This document shows, one piece after another, positions 27,749 through 37,014 of a stretch of 53,928 nucleotides of DNA; positions within the stretch are counted from its first letter, which is position 1, and every line of letters starts with the position of its first letter. The translations under genes were made by a program, and so were the position numbers. This DNA comes from a virus (lineage: Duplodnaviria; Caudoviricetes): positions 1-53,928 of IMG/VR virus record IMGVR_UViG_3300029309_000058. One strand, written 5' to 3'. Below the pieces are notes generated by a model. The model was not told the DNA's origin and made no database searches. It worked only from the letters and a program-made list of their open reading frames with translations.

Positions 27749-27912
27749 GTATGAGGCTATACAAGGGTTTTAGAGCCTATATTTCTATAGCCTTATCATT
27801 GTTTATAAAATGTGTTTTAGGGGGGCACATGGATTGCGCGCGACAGCCACCCCCCCATATAAGTAAACCTCTCATAACAAGACCCAAAAAAAGGACGTGT
27901 AAAGTTTACTGC

Positions 27913-27940
27913 TTGACATAGTTTTGGTTTTCGGTATGAT
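27913..27940 (+). promoter_or_regulatory. Promoter for the terminase operon (leaderless)
   Basis: TTGACA-16-TATGAT; ATG 7 nt downstream; no SD. Confidence 0.65.
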
Positions 27941-27946
27941 TTATTT

Positions 27947-28423
27947 ATGGATACGCTACCATTGAAACATACTAAGTGGTCTGACCGTTTAGCTTTTGAT
28001 GTCGCTCTTATGTTAGAGGGCAGCGGCGAGTCTTTGGATGAAGTAATCGAAAGACATGCAATCAAAGCGGAAGACATAATCAAGTTCAACAAAGATCAGG
28101 TCTTTCTGAAGAAGGTCGAGTCTTATCGAAATGATATCCGTGATAAGGGTATGACATTCAAAGTTAAGGCCCGTGCTCAGGCAGAAGAACTCCTGACAAC
28201 TTCTTGGACTTTGATACACAGTCCCGATGTGTCCGCTGCAGTAAAGGCAGACCTCATCAAGTCTACTGTTAAGTGGGGCGGGCTAGAACCAAAGAATGAT
28301 GTTCTAGCAGAAGGAGGATCAGGTGGAGTTAAAATTACAATTAACCTCGGAGACCAAGAACACCGAGCAACTATCATTGACGCAGAGCCAGATGACGAAC
28401 CAGTTGCCCTCGGAACTTCTTGA
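27947..28423 (+). CDS. Putative terminase small subunit
   Basis: Position before terL; helical body with GVKITINLG C-terminal strand. Confidence 0.55.
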   Translation: MDTLPLKHTKWSDRLAFDVALMLEGSGESLDEVIERHAIKAEDIIKFNKDQVFLKKVESYRNDIRDKGMTFKVKARAQAEELLTTSWTLIHSPDVSAAVKADLIKSTVKWGGLEPKNDVLAEGGSGGVKITINLGDQEHRATIIDAEPDDEPVALGTS

Positions 28424-28709
28424 GAAGTTTAATACAGTCTACGAAGGTACAAAAGCTTGTAAGCTAACTAGTATGTTAGACCATGATACGTTGACAGCAC
28501 ATCTAAATAATTTAGGTGTACCTTATAAAACAAAAATTTTACGAAAACCTTCCACAGTATACTATGTATTACTTGTGGATAACTTGGGGATAGATCACGG
28601 AAACTGTGACAGATGCGGGGACAAACTTGTGGACATCTCGTGGTGCAAACATTGTGGAGATATGGGTTGGTTTGAAGAGTGGACTACAATGCAAGGGTAC
28701 TGGGGTTAG
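28392..28709 (+). CDS. Hypothetical protein with C-terminal Zn ribbon
   Basis: CDRC...CKHC; fills the gap between terS and terL; start uncertain. Confidence 0.55.
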   Translation: MTNQLPSELLEKFNTVYEGTKACKLTSMLDHDTLTAHLNNLGVPYKTKILRKPSTVYYVLLVDNLGIDHGNCDRCGDKLVDISWCKHCGDMGWFEEWTTMQGYWG

Positions 28710-30089
28710 ATGGAAATAGATTATACACCATCCAAAGTATGCAAAGAATTTATGCAGTCTGATGCAAAGATGCGTGTGCTTATGGGGCCTGTTGGTTCTG
28801 GTAAGTCAGTAGCAAGTTGTTTTGAAGTTATCAGACGAGCTACGATGCAGAAGCCTAACAAACAAGGAATCCGTAAATCACGAGTAGCGATTGTTCGTGA
28901 AACTGCCAGACAGTTACAAGATACAACCATTAAAACTTTTCACGATTGGTTTCCGCCCGGAATATGCGGAGACTATATGCGTACTACCAAAACATATTTC
29001 TTCAAGGTTGGAGATATAGAGTGTGAGATTATGTTTCGTGCTCTTGATGACTCTGACGATGTTGCAAACTTGAACTCATTGGAATTAACGTTTGCATGGT
29101 TCAACGAGTGCAGGGATATCAACCCTGACATTGTTGATGCTATGTCTAAACGTATTGGCCGTTTCCCGTCATCTAAAGACGGTGGGCCTTCTTGGTTTGG
29201 GATGTGGGGGGATACTAACCCTCCAACAATGGATACATGGTGGTATTATCAGATGGAGGGTTTAGACCCTTCAGATGGTGTAAGTCTTAATGATAATGGG
29301 TGGGATGTATTCAAACAACCTTCGGGCAGAAGCTCCTTGGCAGAAAATGTAAATAACCTGCCCGAAGGCTACTACGACACCCAAGGTAGATCAGATGAAT
29401 ATATTCGTGTGTATATAGATGGCGAGTATGGTTTAAGTTCTGCAGGTCAGCCTGTGTATAAATACTTCAAACCGGACTATCATATGGGACATGCAAAACT
29501 TAAACCTATAATTAACGGTGTGCGTCCAGTTGTGGTCGGAATAGATTTAGGCTTGACACCAGCGGCAGTTATAGGGCAACAAGACCCTCGCGGGCGAGTC
29601 TTGATTCTCGATGAGGCTGTGAGTTTCGATATGGGAATACAAAGATTTGTCCGCACCATTCTGCGCCCGTTGTTGACCGAGAGGTTCTCGGGCGCACCAA
29701 TCTTAATCATTACAGACCCTGCAGGAGTGCAACGTGCACAAACTGACGAGAGGTCTGCCGTGGACATCATAAAGGCCGAAGGTTTTAGAGTTCTCCCTGC
29801 TAAAACCAATAATGTGTCTGCAAGATTGTCTGCGGTAGACGACTTCCTTATGAGGCAAGTCGATGGGGACTCAGCGTTTTTAGTTGATCCCAGATGTACG
29901 CAGCTCAAGGCTGCAATGATGGGAGGATACAGATTCCATTACAAGAATGGCAATATTGATAAAAACAAACATTCACATGTGGCAGAAGCGTTACAGTATC
30001 TTATGCTGCACGTTGGCACTGCAGGTGAAGGCGGGTTTGTTGTACAGAGACGAGAAATAAAAAGGGTTGCGGCAGGAGGCTGGACTTGA
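28710..30089 (+). CDS. terL: Terminase large subunit
   Basis: GPVGSGKS; AWFNE Walker B; GDTNPP; GIDLGLTPA nuclease; SHVAEALQY. Confidence 0.92.
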   Translation: MEIDYTPSKVCKEFMQSDAKMRVLMGPVGSGKSVASCFEVIRRATMQKPNKQGIRKSRVAIVRETARQLQDTTIKTFHDWFPPGICGDYMRTTKTYFFKVGDIECEIMFRALDDSDDVANLNSLELTFAWFNECRDINPDIVDAMSKRIGRFPSSKDGGPSWFGMWGDTNPPTMDTWWYYQMEGLDPSDGVSLNDNGWDVFKQPSGRSSLAENVNNLPEGYYDTQGRSDEYIRVYIDGEYGLSSAGQPVYKYFKPDYHMGHAKLKPIINGVRPVVVGIDLGLTPAAVIGQQDPRGRVLILDEAVSFDMGIQRFVRTILRPLLTERFSGAPILIITDPAGVQRAQTDERSAVDIIKAEGFRVLPAKTNNVSARLSAVDDFLMRQVDGDSAFLVDPRCTQLKAAMMGGYRFHYKNGNIDKNKHSHVAEALQYLMLHVGTAGEGGFVVQRREIKRVAAGGWT

Positions 30090-30095
30090 TACAAT
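30067..30095 (+). promoter_or_regulatory. Promoter for the candidate sRNA, embedded in the terL 3' end
   Basis: TTGCGG-17-TACAAT with extended TG; +1 predicted at 30102. Confidence 0.55.
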
Positions 30096-30101
30096 TCGCA
30101 T

Positions 30102-30159
30102 ATAGTTACCTTCCGACTATGTTACCTTCAAACCCACTTGCTCCGGCAGGTGGGTTTTT
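30102..30159 (+). ncRNA. Candidate ~58-nt anti-RBS small RNA
   Basis: 5' hairpin AUAGUU-ACCUUCC-GACUAU, second GUUACCUUC, terminator; complementary to GGAGGUAACUAU. Confidence 0.55.
30130..30159 (+). terminator. Intrinsic terminator after terL / sRNA
   Basis: AAACCCACTTGC-TCCG-GCAGGTGGGTTTTT. Confidence 0.85.
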
Positions 30160-30175
30160 CTTGTATTTTAAAAAC

Positions 30176-30204
30176 TTGCATATATACTTGTTCCTATGTA
30201 TATT
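30176..30204 (+). promoter_or_regulatory. Promoter of the head/tail operon
   Basis: TTGCAT-17-TATATT directly after the terminator. Confidence 0.6.
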
Positions 30205-30231
30205 TAATTGTAAACTTATTGGAGGTTATTG

Positions 30232-30453
30232 ATGAAAGGACATTGTGGCAGTAAAAAATCCATCATCTATTCGGATAACCCGAAAATGGACACTAGTGGA
30301 ATGTCTAGTGTAATGACTATAGAAATGATGGAAGCAGGTGGGCCTGTAGAAGTAAAAGATATGGGCGCAGTTGTAAAGTATGGATCAGGTGGTAAAGTTT
30401 ATACAAACAAAAACGATAAAGACACCGAAGAAGACATGAAGGACATGGTATAA
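30232..30453 (+). CDS. Small hypothetical protein with xxGGxV motifs
   Basis: GGAGGT RBS; MEAGGPV, YGSGGKV. Confidence 0.7.
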   Translation: MKGHCGSKKSIIYSDNPKMDTSGMSSVMTIEMMEAGGPVEVKDMGAVVKYGSGGKVYTNKNDKDTEEDMKDMV

Positions 30454-30454
30454 C

Positions 30455-32488
30455 ATGGTACTGCAAGTCGTAGGAAATGAAGAACTAGTAAAGCAAGAAG
30501 AAGCTCTTACTAAACAACAGCTAGCTGAAAGGCAGAACCAACCTCTTATTTTAGGATTGGCAGACCACCTACGAACTTGTTGGGACGCAGCAAGGCAGGC
30601 GAAGAAACCTATTGAGCACATCATGCTACGAGCACTCCGTCAAAGAAACGGAGAGTATGAGGCAGATAAACTAGCACAGATTAACCAGCAAGGTGGGTCT
30701 GATGTTTACATGATGGTTACAGAAGTTAAATGTCGTGCGGCAGAAAGTTGGCTGCGTGATATTCTTCTTGATCAGGGTTCACCCCCGTGGGGTCTTGAGC
30801 CTACACCTATCCCTGACTTGTCACCACAACAGACATCAGAGATAGAGAACTCGTTTGCTGAGCAAGTTGTAAAACTTGTTGAGATGAACGGGCAAGCGCC
30901 AACACAAGAAGAAATGATAGAATTAAAAGAAATGGTAACACAAGATTACCGTTTCAAACTATTGCAGGGTGCAGATAACCGTGCAAAGAAAATGGATGTT
31001 AAGATTCGTGACCAGTTTACACAAGGTGGTTGGGGCGAATCATTTAATGAATTTATCACCGATTTGGTTACTTACCCATGTGGTTTTGTAAAAGGCCCTG
31101 TGGTTCGTAGGCAAAGAAAACTTGGCTGGAAATATGAAAATGGTAGAACTACTGTAGAAGCAGACGAGATTATTGCTCCAGAGTTTGAACGTGTTGATCC
31201 ATTTAGAATATATCCTGAGCCGGGTGTAACTAATCTTAATGATGGTTATTTGTTTCAGCATCATCCGCTAAGTCGTTCAGAGCTTGCAGACCTTATAGGT
31301 GTGCCGGGTTACGATGAGGATGCCATCAGGGACGTTCTTGATATTGGTAATGGTACATCTTGGTTTAGTGAAGATGTAGAACTTACTAAAGAGAACGAAG
31401 AAAGAAAGTTTCATACGTTCAACAAACCAACTACAACTTATGATGCTCTAGAGTTTTGGGGTAAAGTAAGTGGTAAGATGTTGAAGGAGTGGGGTCTTTC
31501 TGAAGAAGAAATACCTGATGAAGCAAAAGAGTATGATGCTAACGTTTGGGCCGTAGGTAACTATATCATTAAAGCAGTATTAAACTACGACCCGTTAGGA
31601 GAAAAACCATATGCTAAGACATCGTTTATTAAATGCCCCGGTGCGTTTTGGGGTAAAGGTATACCAGAAATTATTGAAGATTTGCAGAACATTTGTAACG
31701 CTGCTGCAAGGGCTTTGGTCAACAATATGGGGATATCTTCCGGCCCGCAAGTCGAAGTTAACCTCGAAAGAATCCCGCCCAACGAAGACATCACGCAGCT
31801 CCACCCGTGGAAAATCTGGCAAGTCACGAACGACCCGTTAGGTTCTAGTGCACCTGCTGTTAGATTTACACAACCGGATGACAACGCAAATACGTTGTTA
31901 GGTGTTTATGATAAATTTTCTAAACTAGCTGATGACCAATCAGGCATACCATCTTATGTTTACGGCGACTTAAATGTACAAGGCGCTGGTAGAACATCTT
32001 CTGGTTTGTCTATGTTGATGGGTGCAGCTGGTAAAGGTATTCGTCAAGTTGTTATGCACATAGATAACGAAATCATCAAACCTATTGTTCACAGACAGTT
32101 TGTGTACAACATGCGTTATGATGAAGATGAATCAATTAAAGGCGATGTTAACATTGTACCAAAAGGTGCAGTTAACCTTGCAGTCAAAGAGACTGTAAAT
32201 GTTCGCCGTATCGAGTTTCTTAATGCAACCGCCAACGAGGTTGATATGCAAATTGTTGGTAAGGAAGGCCGTGCAGCGATTCTTCGTGAAGTGGCTAAAG
32301 GGTTGCAAATGCCTGTGGATGACATTGTTCCATCTAGGGAAAAAGAACGATTCCAAGATAAGGTTAAGGCGCAGATGCAAGCTCAACAGCAAGCTCAGCA
32401 GCCTACACCGACTCAGCCGGATGGTTCTCCCAAAGGAGGAATGGATGGCAACACAGTGAGTAACCGTGACACTGGAGGTGCTGGATGA
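30455..32488 (+). CDS. Portal protein
   Basis: 677 aa after terL; RVDPFRIYP, FWGKGIPE, SGIPSY.YG..GAGRTSSGLSMLM; Q-rich tail. Confidence 0.85.
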   Translation: MVLQVVGNEELVKQEEALTKQQLAERQNQPLILGLADHLRTCWDAARQAKKPIEHIMLRALRQRNGEYEADKLAQINQQGGSDVYMMVTEVKCRAAESWLRDILLDQGSPPWGLEPTPIPDLSPQQTSEIENSFAEQVVKLVEMNGQAPTQEEMIELKEMVTQDYRFKLLQGADNRAKKMDVKIRDQFTQGGWGESFNEFITDLVTYPCGFVKGPVVRRQRKLGWKYENGRTTVEADEIIAPEFERVDPFRIYPEPGVTNLNDGYLFQHHPLSRSELADLIGVPGYDEDAIRDVLDIGNGTSWFSEDVELTKENEERKFHTFNKPTTTYDALEFWGKVSGKMLKEWGLSEEEIPDEAKEYDANVWAVGNYIIKAVLNYDPLGEKPYAKTSFIKCPGAFWGKGIPEIIEDLQNICNAAARALVNNMGISSGPQVEVNLERIPPNEDITQLHPWKIWQVTNDPLGSSAPAVRFTQPDDNANTLLGVYDKFSKLADDQSGIPSYVYGDLNVQGAGRTSSGLSMLMGAAGKGIRQVVMHIDNEIIKPIVHRQFVYNMRYDEDESIKGDVNIVPKGAVNLAVKETVNVRRIEFLNATANEVDMQIVGKEGRAAILREVAKGLQMPVDDIVPSREKERFQDKVKAQMQAQQQAQQPTPTQPDGSPKGGMDGNTVSNRDTGGAG

Positions 32489-32706
32489 TAAATCCAAAAC
32501 CAGAGGTTATTCAGTCTTTAGCAACCGTGTGTCGTCAATATCCTGAAGTGCTTAATTGGCTGAAGGAATGGCGTGATCACGAGCTACAGAAGCTACCGAG
32601 TGTCTTGCAAAACACGGCGCTTGCACAGGGGCGGTGTCAAGTTTTGTCAGAAGTTACTAAAACAATAGAACAGTCCCCTGAAACGTTTTCAGCAAAGTCA
32701 AAATGA
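32485..32706 (+). CDS. Small conserved post-portal protein
   Basis: ATGA overlap; AQGR motif. Confidence 0.7.
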   Translation: MINPKPEVIQSLATVCRQYPEVLNWLKEWRDHELQKLPSVLQNTALAQGRCQVLSEVTKTIEQSPETFSAKSK

Positions 32707-32740
32707 CAGCTGTTAATTACGCACACCGATAGGAGCGATT

Positions 32741-33748
32741 ATGTCAATACCAAAGCAAGTTCAGAAACAATCAGAGGAAGTACAAGAGTTGTACAAGCAG
32801 ATTAACGGAGAAACAGAAGAAGCACAGGCAAATGCCGAGGCTACTCCTGCAGAGGCTGTTAATGATGTGGCAGAACCTACAACTTCCGACAGTGTAGAAG
32901 GACAAGCACCTCAGTCTGAGCCGCAAGAGCAAGCGGAGTCAGGCGACCAAGAACCGAAACAAGATGACTGGCAACAGAAATACAGATCGTTGCAAGGGAT
33001 GTATAATGCCGATGTTCCTAGGCTTAATGCCGAGAACAGAGACCTTTCTTCCCGTGTGTCTCAACTAGAAGGACTGCTAAGCTCAATGCAAGAGCCTACT
33101 CAACAAACACCAGTTCAGTCTGAGAAATTAATTACAGATGACGATGTTAAAGAGTACGGCGAATCCATTGCTGTTATGCGGAAAGCAGCTCGTGAGGAAG
33201 TTTCTCAAGAGATTGCACAGTTGAAACAACAACTAGGACAACTTCAAGGTGTTTTACCTCAAGTACAGCAGGTACAAGCACAACAGAAGAAGTCTGGCGA
33301 ACAAACGTTCTGGAACACTATTGCTAGCGAAGTACCAAACTGGAGTAATATTAACAACGATCCTGACTTTCAGTCATGGTTGTTAGCGATTGATCCACTA
33401 ACTGGTATTAGCCGACAGACTTATCTGGAAGATGCACAAAAGAATCTGGATTCAGGTCGAGTGGTTAACTTTTTTAGAACTTGGGAAGGGGCAAATGGTA
33501 CGACTAATACTGCTCAAGTTGACCGTAGTTCTGAGCAATCTCAGTTACAGAAACAAGTTGCTCCGGGGCGAAGCCGGAACAATGGTGTAAAAGCTTCTGG
33601 ACAGAACCGAACATATACCCCGAATGATATTCAAGAGTTTTATGCTGATGTCAGGAAAGGTAAATATAAGGGGCGAGATGATGAACGAGGTCGAATCGAA
33701 CGTGACATTTTTGCTGCACAGCAAGAAGGTCGCATTAACGTTGCTTAA
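32741..33748 (+). CDS. Capsid scaffolding protein
   Basis: Acidic Q/E-rich, WQQKY coiled coil, located between portal and capsid. Confidence 0.75.
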   Translation: MSIPKQVQKQSEEVQELYKQINGETEEAQANAEATPAEAVNDVAEPTTSDSVEGQAPQSEPQEQAESGDQEPKQDDWQQKYRSLQGMYNADVPRLNAENRDLSSRVSQLEGLLSSMQEPTQQTPVQSEKLITDDDVKEYGESIAVMRKAAREEVSQEIAQLKQQLGQLQGVLPQVQQVQAQQKKSGEQTFWNTIASEVPNWSNINNDPDFQSWLLAIDPLTGISRQTYLEDAQKNLDSGRVVNFFRTWEGANGTTNTAQVDRSSEQSQLQKQVAPGRSRNNGVKASGQNRTYTPNDIQEFYADVRKGKYKGRDDERGRIERDIFAAQQEGRINVA

Positions 33749-33768
33749 TTAACAAAGAGGAGGTCATT

Positions 33769-34674
33769 ATGGCTTTTGCAACATCATCCGGGCATCCGCA
33801 GTATACCGGGAATTTTATTCCTGAGATATGGTCGGGCAAGCTCATTGAGAATTTCTACGATGCTACGGTATTGTCAGCAATCTCAAACACTGATTACGAG
33901 GGTGAAATTAGAAATATGGGCGATACCGTCAATATTCGAACCACTCCCGAAATCACAATACAAACCTATGTTAAGGGTCAAACTCTATCCGTAGAGAATC
34001 CTGACAAGGCTAAACTACAACTCGTAATTGATAAAGGTGAATACTTTGCCTGCGTTGAAGACGATGTTGACCAAGTACAGACAGACATGAATCTAATGGA
34101 CATGTGGTCGAAAGACGCTTCTGAGCGTATGAAGATCAAAATTGACCAAAGGGTTCTTGCTGATGTTCTAACTGGTGTATCCGCAAACAACAAAGGTCAA
34201 ACAGCTGGAGCAATCTCTGGTAATATTGATCTTGGTGTAGCAGGTACTCCCGAAGCGCTTACTACTACAAACGTGATTGGTAAGATCGTAGACATGGGAA
34301 CAGTTCTTGACGAAGCTAACTGTCCTGAGCAGAATCGTTTTCTTGTGATTCCTGCTAAGATGGCTGGTCTAATCAAGCAATCAGACCTTAAAGATGCGTC
34401 TATCACTGGTGACGGAAGTACACCATTGAGAAACGGGCGTCTTGGTATGATTGACAGGTTTACTGTTTACGTTTCTCATAACCTCGTAAAAAGTGGTAAT
34501 GAGTTCAGCGTTATCGGTGGTCATACAATGGGCTTCACATTTGCATCTCAGATGACAAATATGGAAACCATTCGTTCTGAAACAACTTTTGGTAACATCA
34601 TTCGTGGTCTTCAAGTATACGGCTATAAAGTCGTTAAGCCTGAAGCTCTTGCGACAATGATCGTTACAGTATAA
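33769..34674 (+). CDS. Major capsid protein (P22-coat-like HK97 fold)
   Basis: FIPEIWS, NTDYEGEI..GDTVNI, RGLQVYGYKVVKPEAL. Confidence 0.88.
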   Translation: MAFATSSGHPQYTGNFIPEIWSGKLIENFYDATVLSAISNTDYEGEIRNMGDTVNIRTTPEITIQTYVKGQTLSVENPDKAKLQLVIDKGEYFACVEDDVDQVQTDMNLMDMWSKDASERMKIKIDQRVLADVLTGVSANNKGQTAGAISGNIDLGVAGTPEALTTTNVIGKIVDMGTVLDEANCPEQNRFLVIPAKMAGLIKQSDLKDASITGDGSTPLRNGRLGMIDRFTVYVSHNLVKSGNEFSVIGGHTMGFTFASQMTNMETIRSETTFGNIIRGLQVYGYKVVKPEALATMIVTV

Positions 34675-34685
34675 GGGGGTAAATT

Positions 34686-35144
34686 ATGGCTACTTATAAC
34701 GATGGTAAAGGATACAAACTTGGTACTGGTGCAGCACACGTTGCTAAAGGCATCAATAAAGTTTCATCCATTAGCGTGGACTTGAACTTTGCGACTATCA
34801 CTACTGAGAGGGCAGCAGCTGGTCTGACTGCACTTACAAGTGCTGATATTCTTGAAGTAATCAGGATTCCTGCAAACACATACGTCACTAACGTGGCTCT
34901 GAATGTGACAACTGCCGAAGGCGGAACACTGACTGTTGATGTCGGTGATGGCGATAACCCAGATGGATATATTGATGGTGTTAACGCTAATGCTACAGCA
35001 GCATATCTTACTGTTGCTGGAACAGACGCTTACGAGTCTGGCAAGTATTACACAGCAGCTGATACGATTGACATTGTTCTTAACAATGCTGCAGACGCAG
35101 CGGTTATGACTTTGACAGCCGTAATGGTTGACTGCTCAGAGTAA
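34686..35144 (+). CDS. Capsid decoration/cement protein
   Basis: Follows the capsid gene; beta-rich, IPANT, VGDGD motifs. Confidence 0.6.
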   Translation: MATYNDGKGYKLGTGAAHVAKGINKVSSISVDLNFATITTERAAAGLTALTSADILEVIRIPANTYVTNVALNVTTAEGGTLTVDVGDGDNPDGYIDGVNANATAAYLTVAGTDAYESGKYYTAADTIDIVLNNAADAAVMTLTAVMVDCSE

Positions 35145-35156
35145 TCTAAATTAGTC

Positions 35157-35180
35157 GGGGGGCTTCGGCCCCCCTACTTG
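35157..35180 (+). terminator. UUCG hairpin after the capsid genes (leaky terminator or stabiliser)
   Basis: GGGGGGC-TTCG-GCCCCCC with weak U tract. Confidence 0.6.
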
Positions 35181-35199
35181 TACACGAAAGGAGGTACTT

Positions 35200-35370
35200 A
35201 TGGGTAAAGGTATGAAACATTATCTTCGAGATGGAACTGAGCATAAAGGCACTATGCACAAGATGGCTAATGGAACTTTGCATACAGGTAAAACACATAC
35301 AGCTAATAGTAAAAAATTGTTTCATTTTAAAGATTTGAGCAAAGCAGCGCAAAAAAAGGCTAAGGCATAA
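35200..35370 (+). CDS. 56-aa His/Lys-rich protein
   Basis: AAGGAGGT RBS; MGKGMKHYLRDGTEHKG...HKM...HTGKTH. Confidence 0.75.
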   Translation: MGKGMKHYLRDGTEHKGTMHKMANGTLHTGKTHTANSKKLFHFKDLSKAAQKKAKA

Positions 35371-35615
35371 TGGCTAAAATCGACAAATCTAAAATGGCAT
35401 GTAACAAACCGAAGCGTCAAGTTTCTGGTGGTAAGAAGTTTGTTGTAAAAGCGTGTCAGAATGGTAAAGAAAAAATTATTAGGTTTGGCGATGCGAATAT
35501 GAAGATTAAAAAGAATCAACCGGGCAGGCGCAAGAATTTTCGTGCAAGGCATGGGTGTGATACACGACCACCCTCCAAAATGACTGCTCGTTATTGGTCG
35601 TGTAAGAAGTGGTAA
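35370..35615 (+). CDS. Small basic protein (DUF6321-like)
   Basis: IRFGD.NM...RRKNFRARH.C...ARYWSC.KW. Confidence 0.75.
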   Translation: MAKIDKSKMACNKPKRQVSGGKKFVVKACQNGKEKIIRFGDANMKIKKNQPGRRKNFRARHGCDTRPPSKMTARYWSCKKW

Positions 35616-35619
35616 TATT

Positions 35620-35775
35620 ATGGCAGCACCAAAAGTAAAATCTAAGAAAGACGCTTGTTACCATAAGGTAAAAGCTCGCTACAAAGTTTGGCCATCAGCA
35701 TATGCTTCAGGAGCTTTGGCTAAATGTAGAAAGGTTGGTGCAGCTAACTGGGGCAACAGTAAAAAGAAGAAGTGA
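35620..35775 (+). CDS. 51-aa basic protein (DACYHKVKARYKVWPSAYASGAL..CRK)
   Basis: Open frame missed by the track; motif typical of marine phage small proteins. Confidence 0.75.
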   Translation: MAAPKVKSKKDACYHKVKARYKVWPSAYASGALAKCRKVGAANWGNSKKKK

Positions 35776-35776
35776 C

Positions 35777-36034
35777 ATGGGTAATGTAAGAAAAACAGAA
35801 GCTGGTGCTAACTTACAAAGATGGTTCAAGGAAAAGTGGGTAGATGTAAGAACAGGCAAGCCGTGCGGAAGACAAAAGGGAGAAAGTCGTGCTTACCCTT
35901 ATTGCCGCCCGTCTAAGCGAGTATCATCCAAAACCCCCAAAACGTCCAAAGAACTCACGGCTTCTGAAAAACGCAGTCGCTTGGCTCAAAAGAAAAGTTC
36001 GAAGAAAGTTGAAAGAGTTACAAGAAAAACGTAA
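35777..36034 (+). CDS. Small basic protein (DUF5872-like)
   Basis: LQRWFKEKWVDV..GKPCGR...YPYCRP; true start 35777. Confidence 0.7.
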   Translation: MGNVRKTEAGANLQRWFKEKWVDVRTGKPCGRQKGESRAYPYCRPSKRVSSKTPKTSKELTASEKRSRLAQKKSSKKVERVTRKT

Positions 36035-36058
36035 TATGAAAAAAGAAAGGCGGTAAAA

Positions 36059-36373
36059 ATGACAAGATGGTTAAGAAACATTCAAGATGGTGAGATTTAT
36101 GGTTGGAATGAGATTCTAGCTGAAAACCCACTCACTGAAGAAGTTACTGAAGAAGAGGCATTTCCTGAAAAGCATATGCCTAAAAAACAACGTGGTCGTC
36201 CGGCAAAGGTAGATTTAAAGACAGAAGATATCCCTGATCCAAAAGGTGAAACTCCACCTGAGTTAGCTGAAGAAGCTAGTAAAGGTTTAGAGCGAGCTAG
36301 AAACGATAAAGGACATTATATAAAAGATGATCCAAACACACCAGAAAACGAAGCATGGGTTGAAAAGAAGTGA
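36059..36373 (+). CDS. Hypothetical head-associated protein
   Basis: KQRGRP AT-hook-like motif; RAR..KG....DDP.TPENEAW. Confidence 0.7.
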   Translation: MTRWLRNIQDGEIYGWNEILAENPLTEEVTEEEAFPEKHMPKKQRGRPAKVDLKTEDIPDPKGETPPELAEEASKGLERARNDKGHYIKDDPNTPENEAWVEKK

Positions 36374-37014
36374 TATTAAATGATGTAATAACAGAGGCAA
36401 GACGAATACTACAGGATACTGTATCGCCACAAAGATATAGTGATACTGTAATGTTAGGTTTTGCAAACCAAGCGTTAAAACGTATTGCTGTTTTGCGACC
36501 TGATCTGTTTGCTATTATTGCAGATATACCTACTACACAAGATGCTGTAGTACAAGCAATGCCTGCTGATTCAATTCGTTTGTTAGAAATTTATTCTGTT
36601 AAAGGTGGTAATGGCATTATTGAAACTAATAGAGAAATATTAGATCAATCACTGCCAACTTGGATGAATACTACTGCTGGCCCTGCTATTAATTTTATGC
36701 GTCATGTTAGAAATGCAAACAAGTTTTTTATATATCCAAAAGCTCCTGCTAATCAAACATTGATAGGTGAGTATGCACAAACTCCTCCTGTATATGATGG
36801 TACAACTACAGTCGCTTTACTACCTGATGCTTACTTTCCTGTTGTTATAGATGCAACTGTGTTTATAGCTGAGTCAGTAGATAATGAGCATGTTAATTCA
36901 AATAGAGCACAATTATTCCAAACTTCGTTTACCCAAGCTCTAGGGGTGGCTGCACAAAGCAGAGCAATCACTGATACAGAACGAGGCGGATTAGATGAGG
37001 AGGATGTTGCATAA
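36370..37014 (+). CDS. Head-tail adaptor (DUF6682-like)
   Basis: ARRILQD..RYSD..N.A...RPD, FFIYP motif; position. Confidence 0.65.
   Translation: MILNDVITEARRILQDTVSPQRYSDTVMLGFANQALKRIAVLRPDLFAIIADIPTTQDAVVQAMPADSIRLLEIYSVKGGNGIIETNREILDQSLPTWMNTTAGPAINFMRHVRNANKFFIYPKAPANQTLIGEYAQTPPVYDGTTTVALLPDAYFPVVIDATVFIAESVDNEHVNSNRAQLFQTSFTQALGVAAQSRAITDTERGGLDEEDVA

Noticed and set aside
29086-29118. TerL Walker B with Asn (WFNE) as an inactive ATPase
   Set aside because: Catalytic Glu and all other motifs are intact; probably a family variant
29991-30101. 36-codon antisense ORF behind GGAAGGTAACTAT as the explanation for the motif at 30102
   Set aside because: Lies antisense within terL; promoter, G-U-compatible stem and U-tract all favour the + strand RNA; not fully excluded
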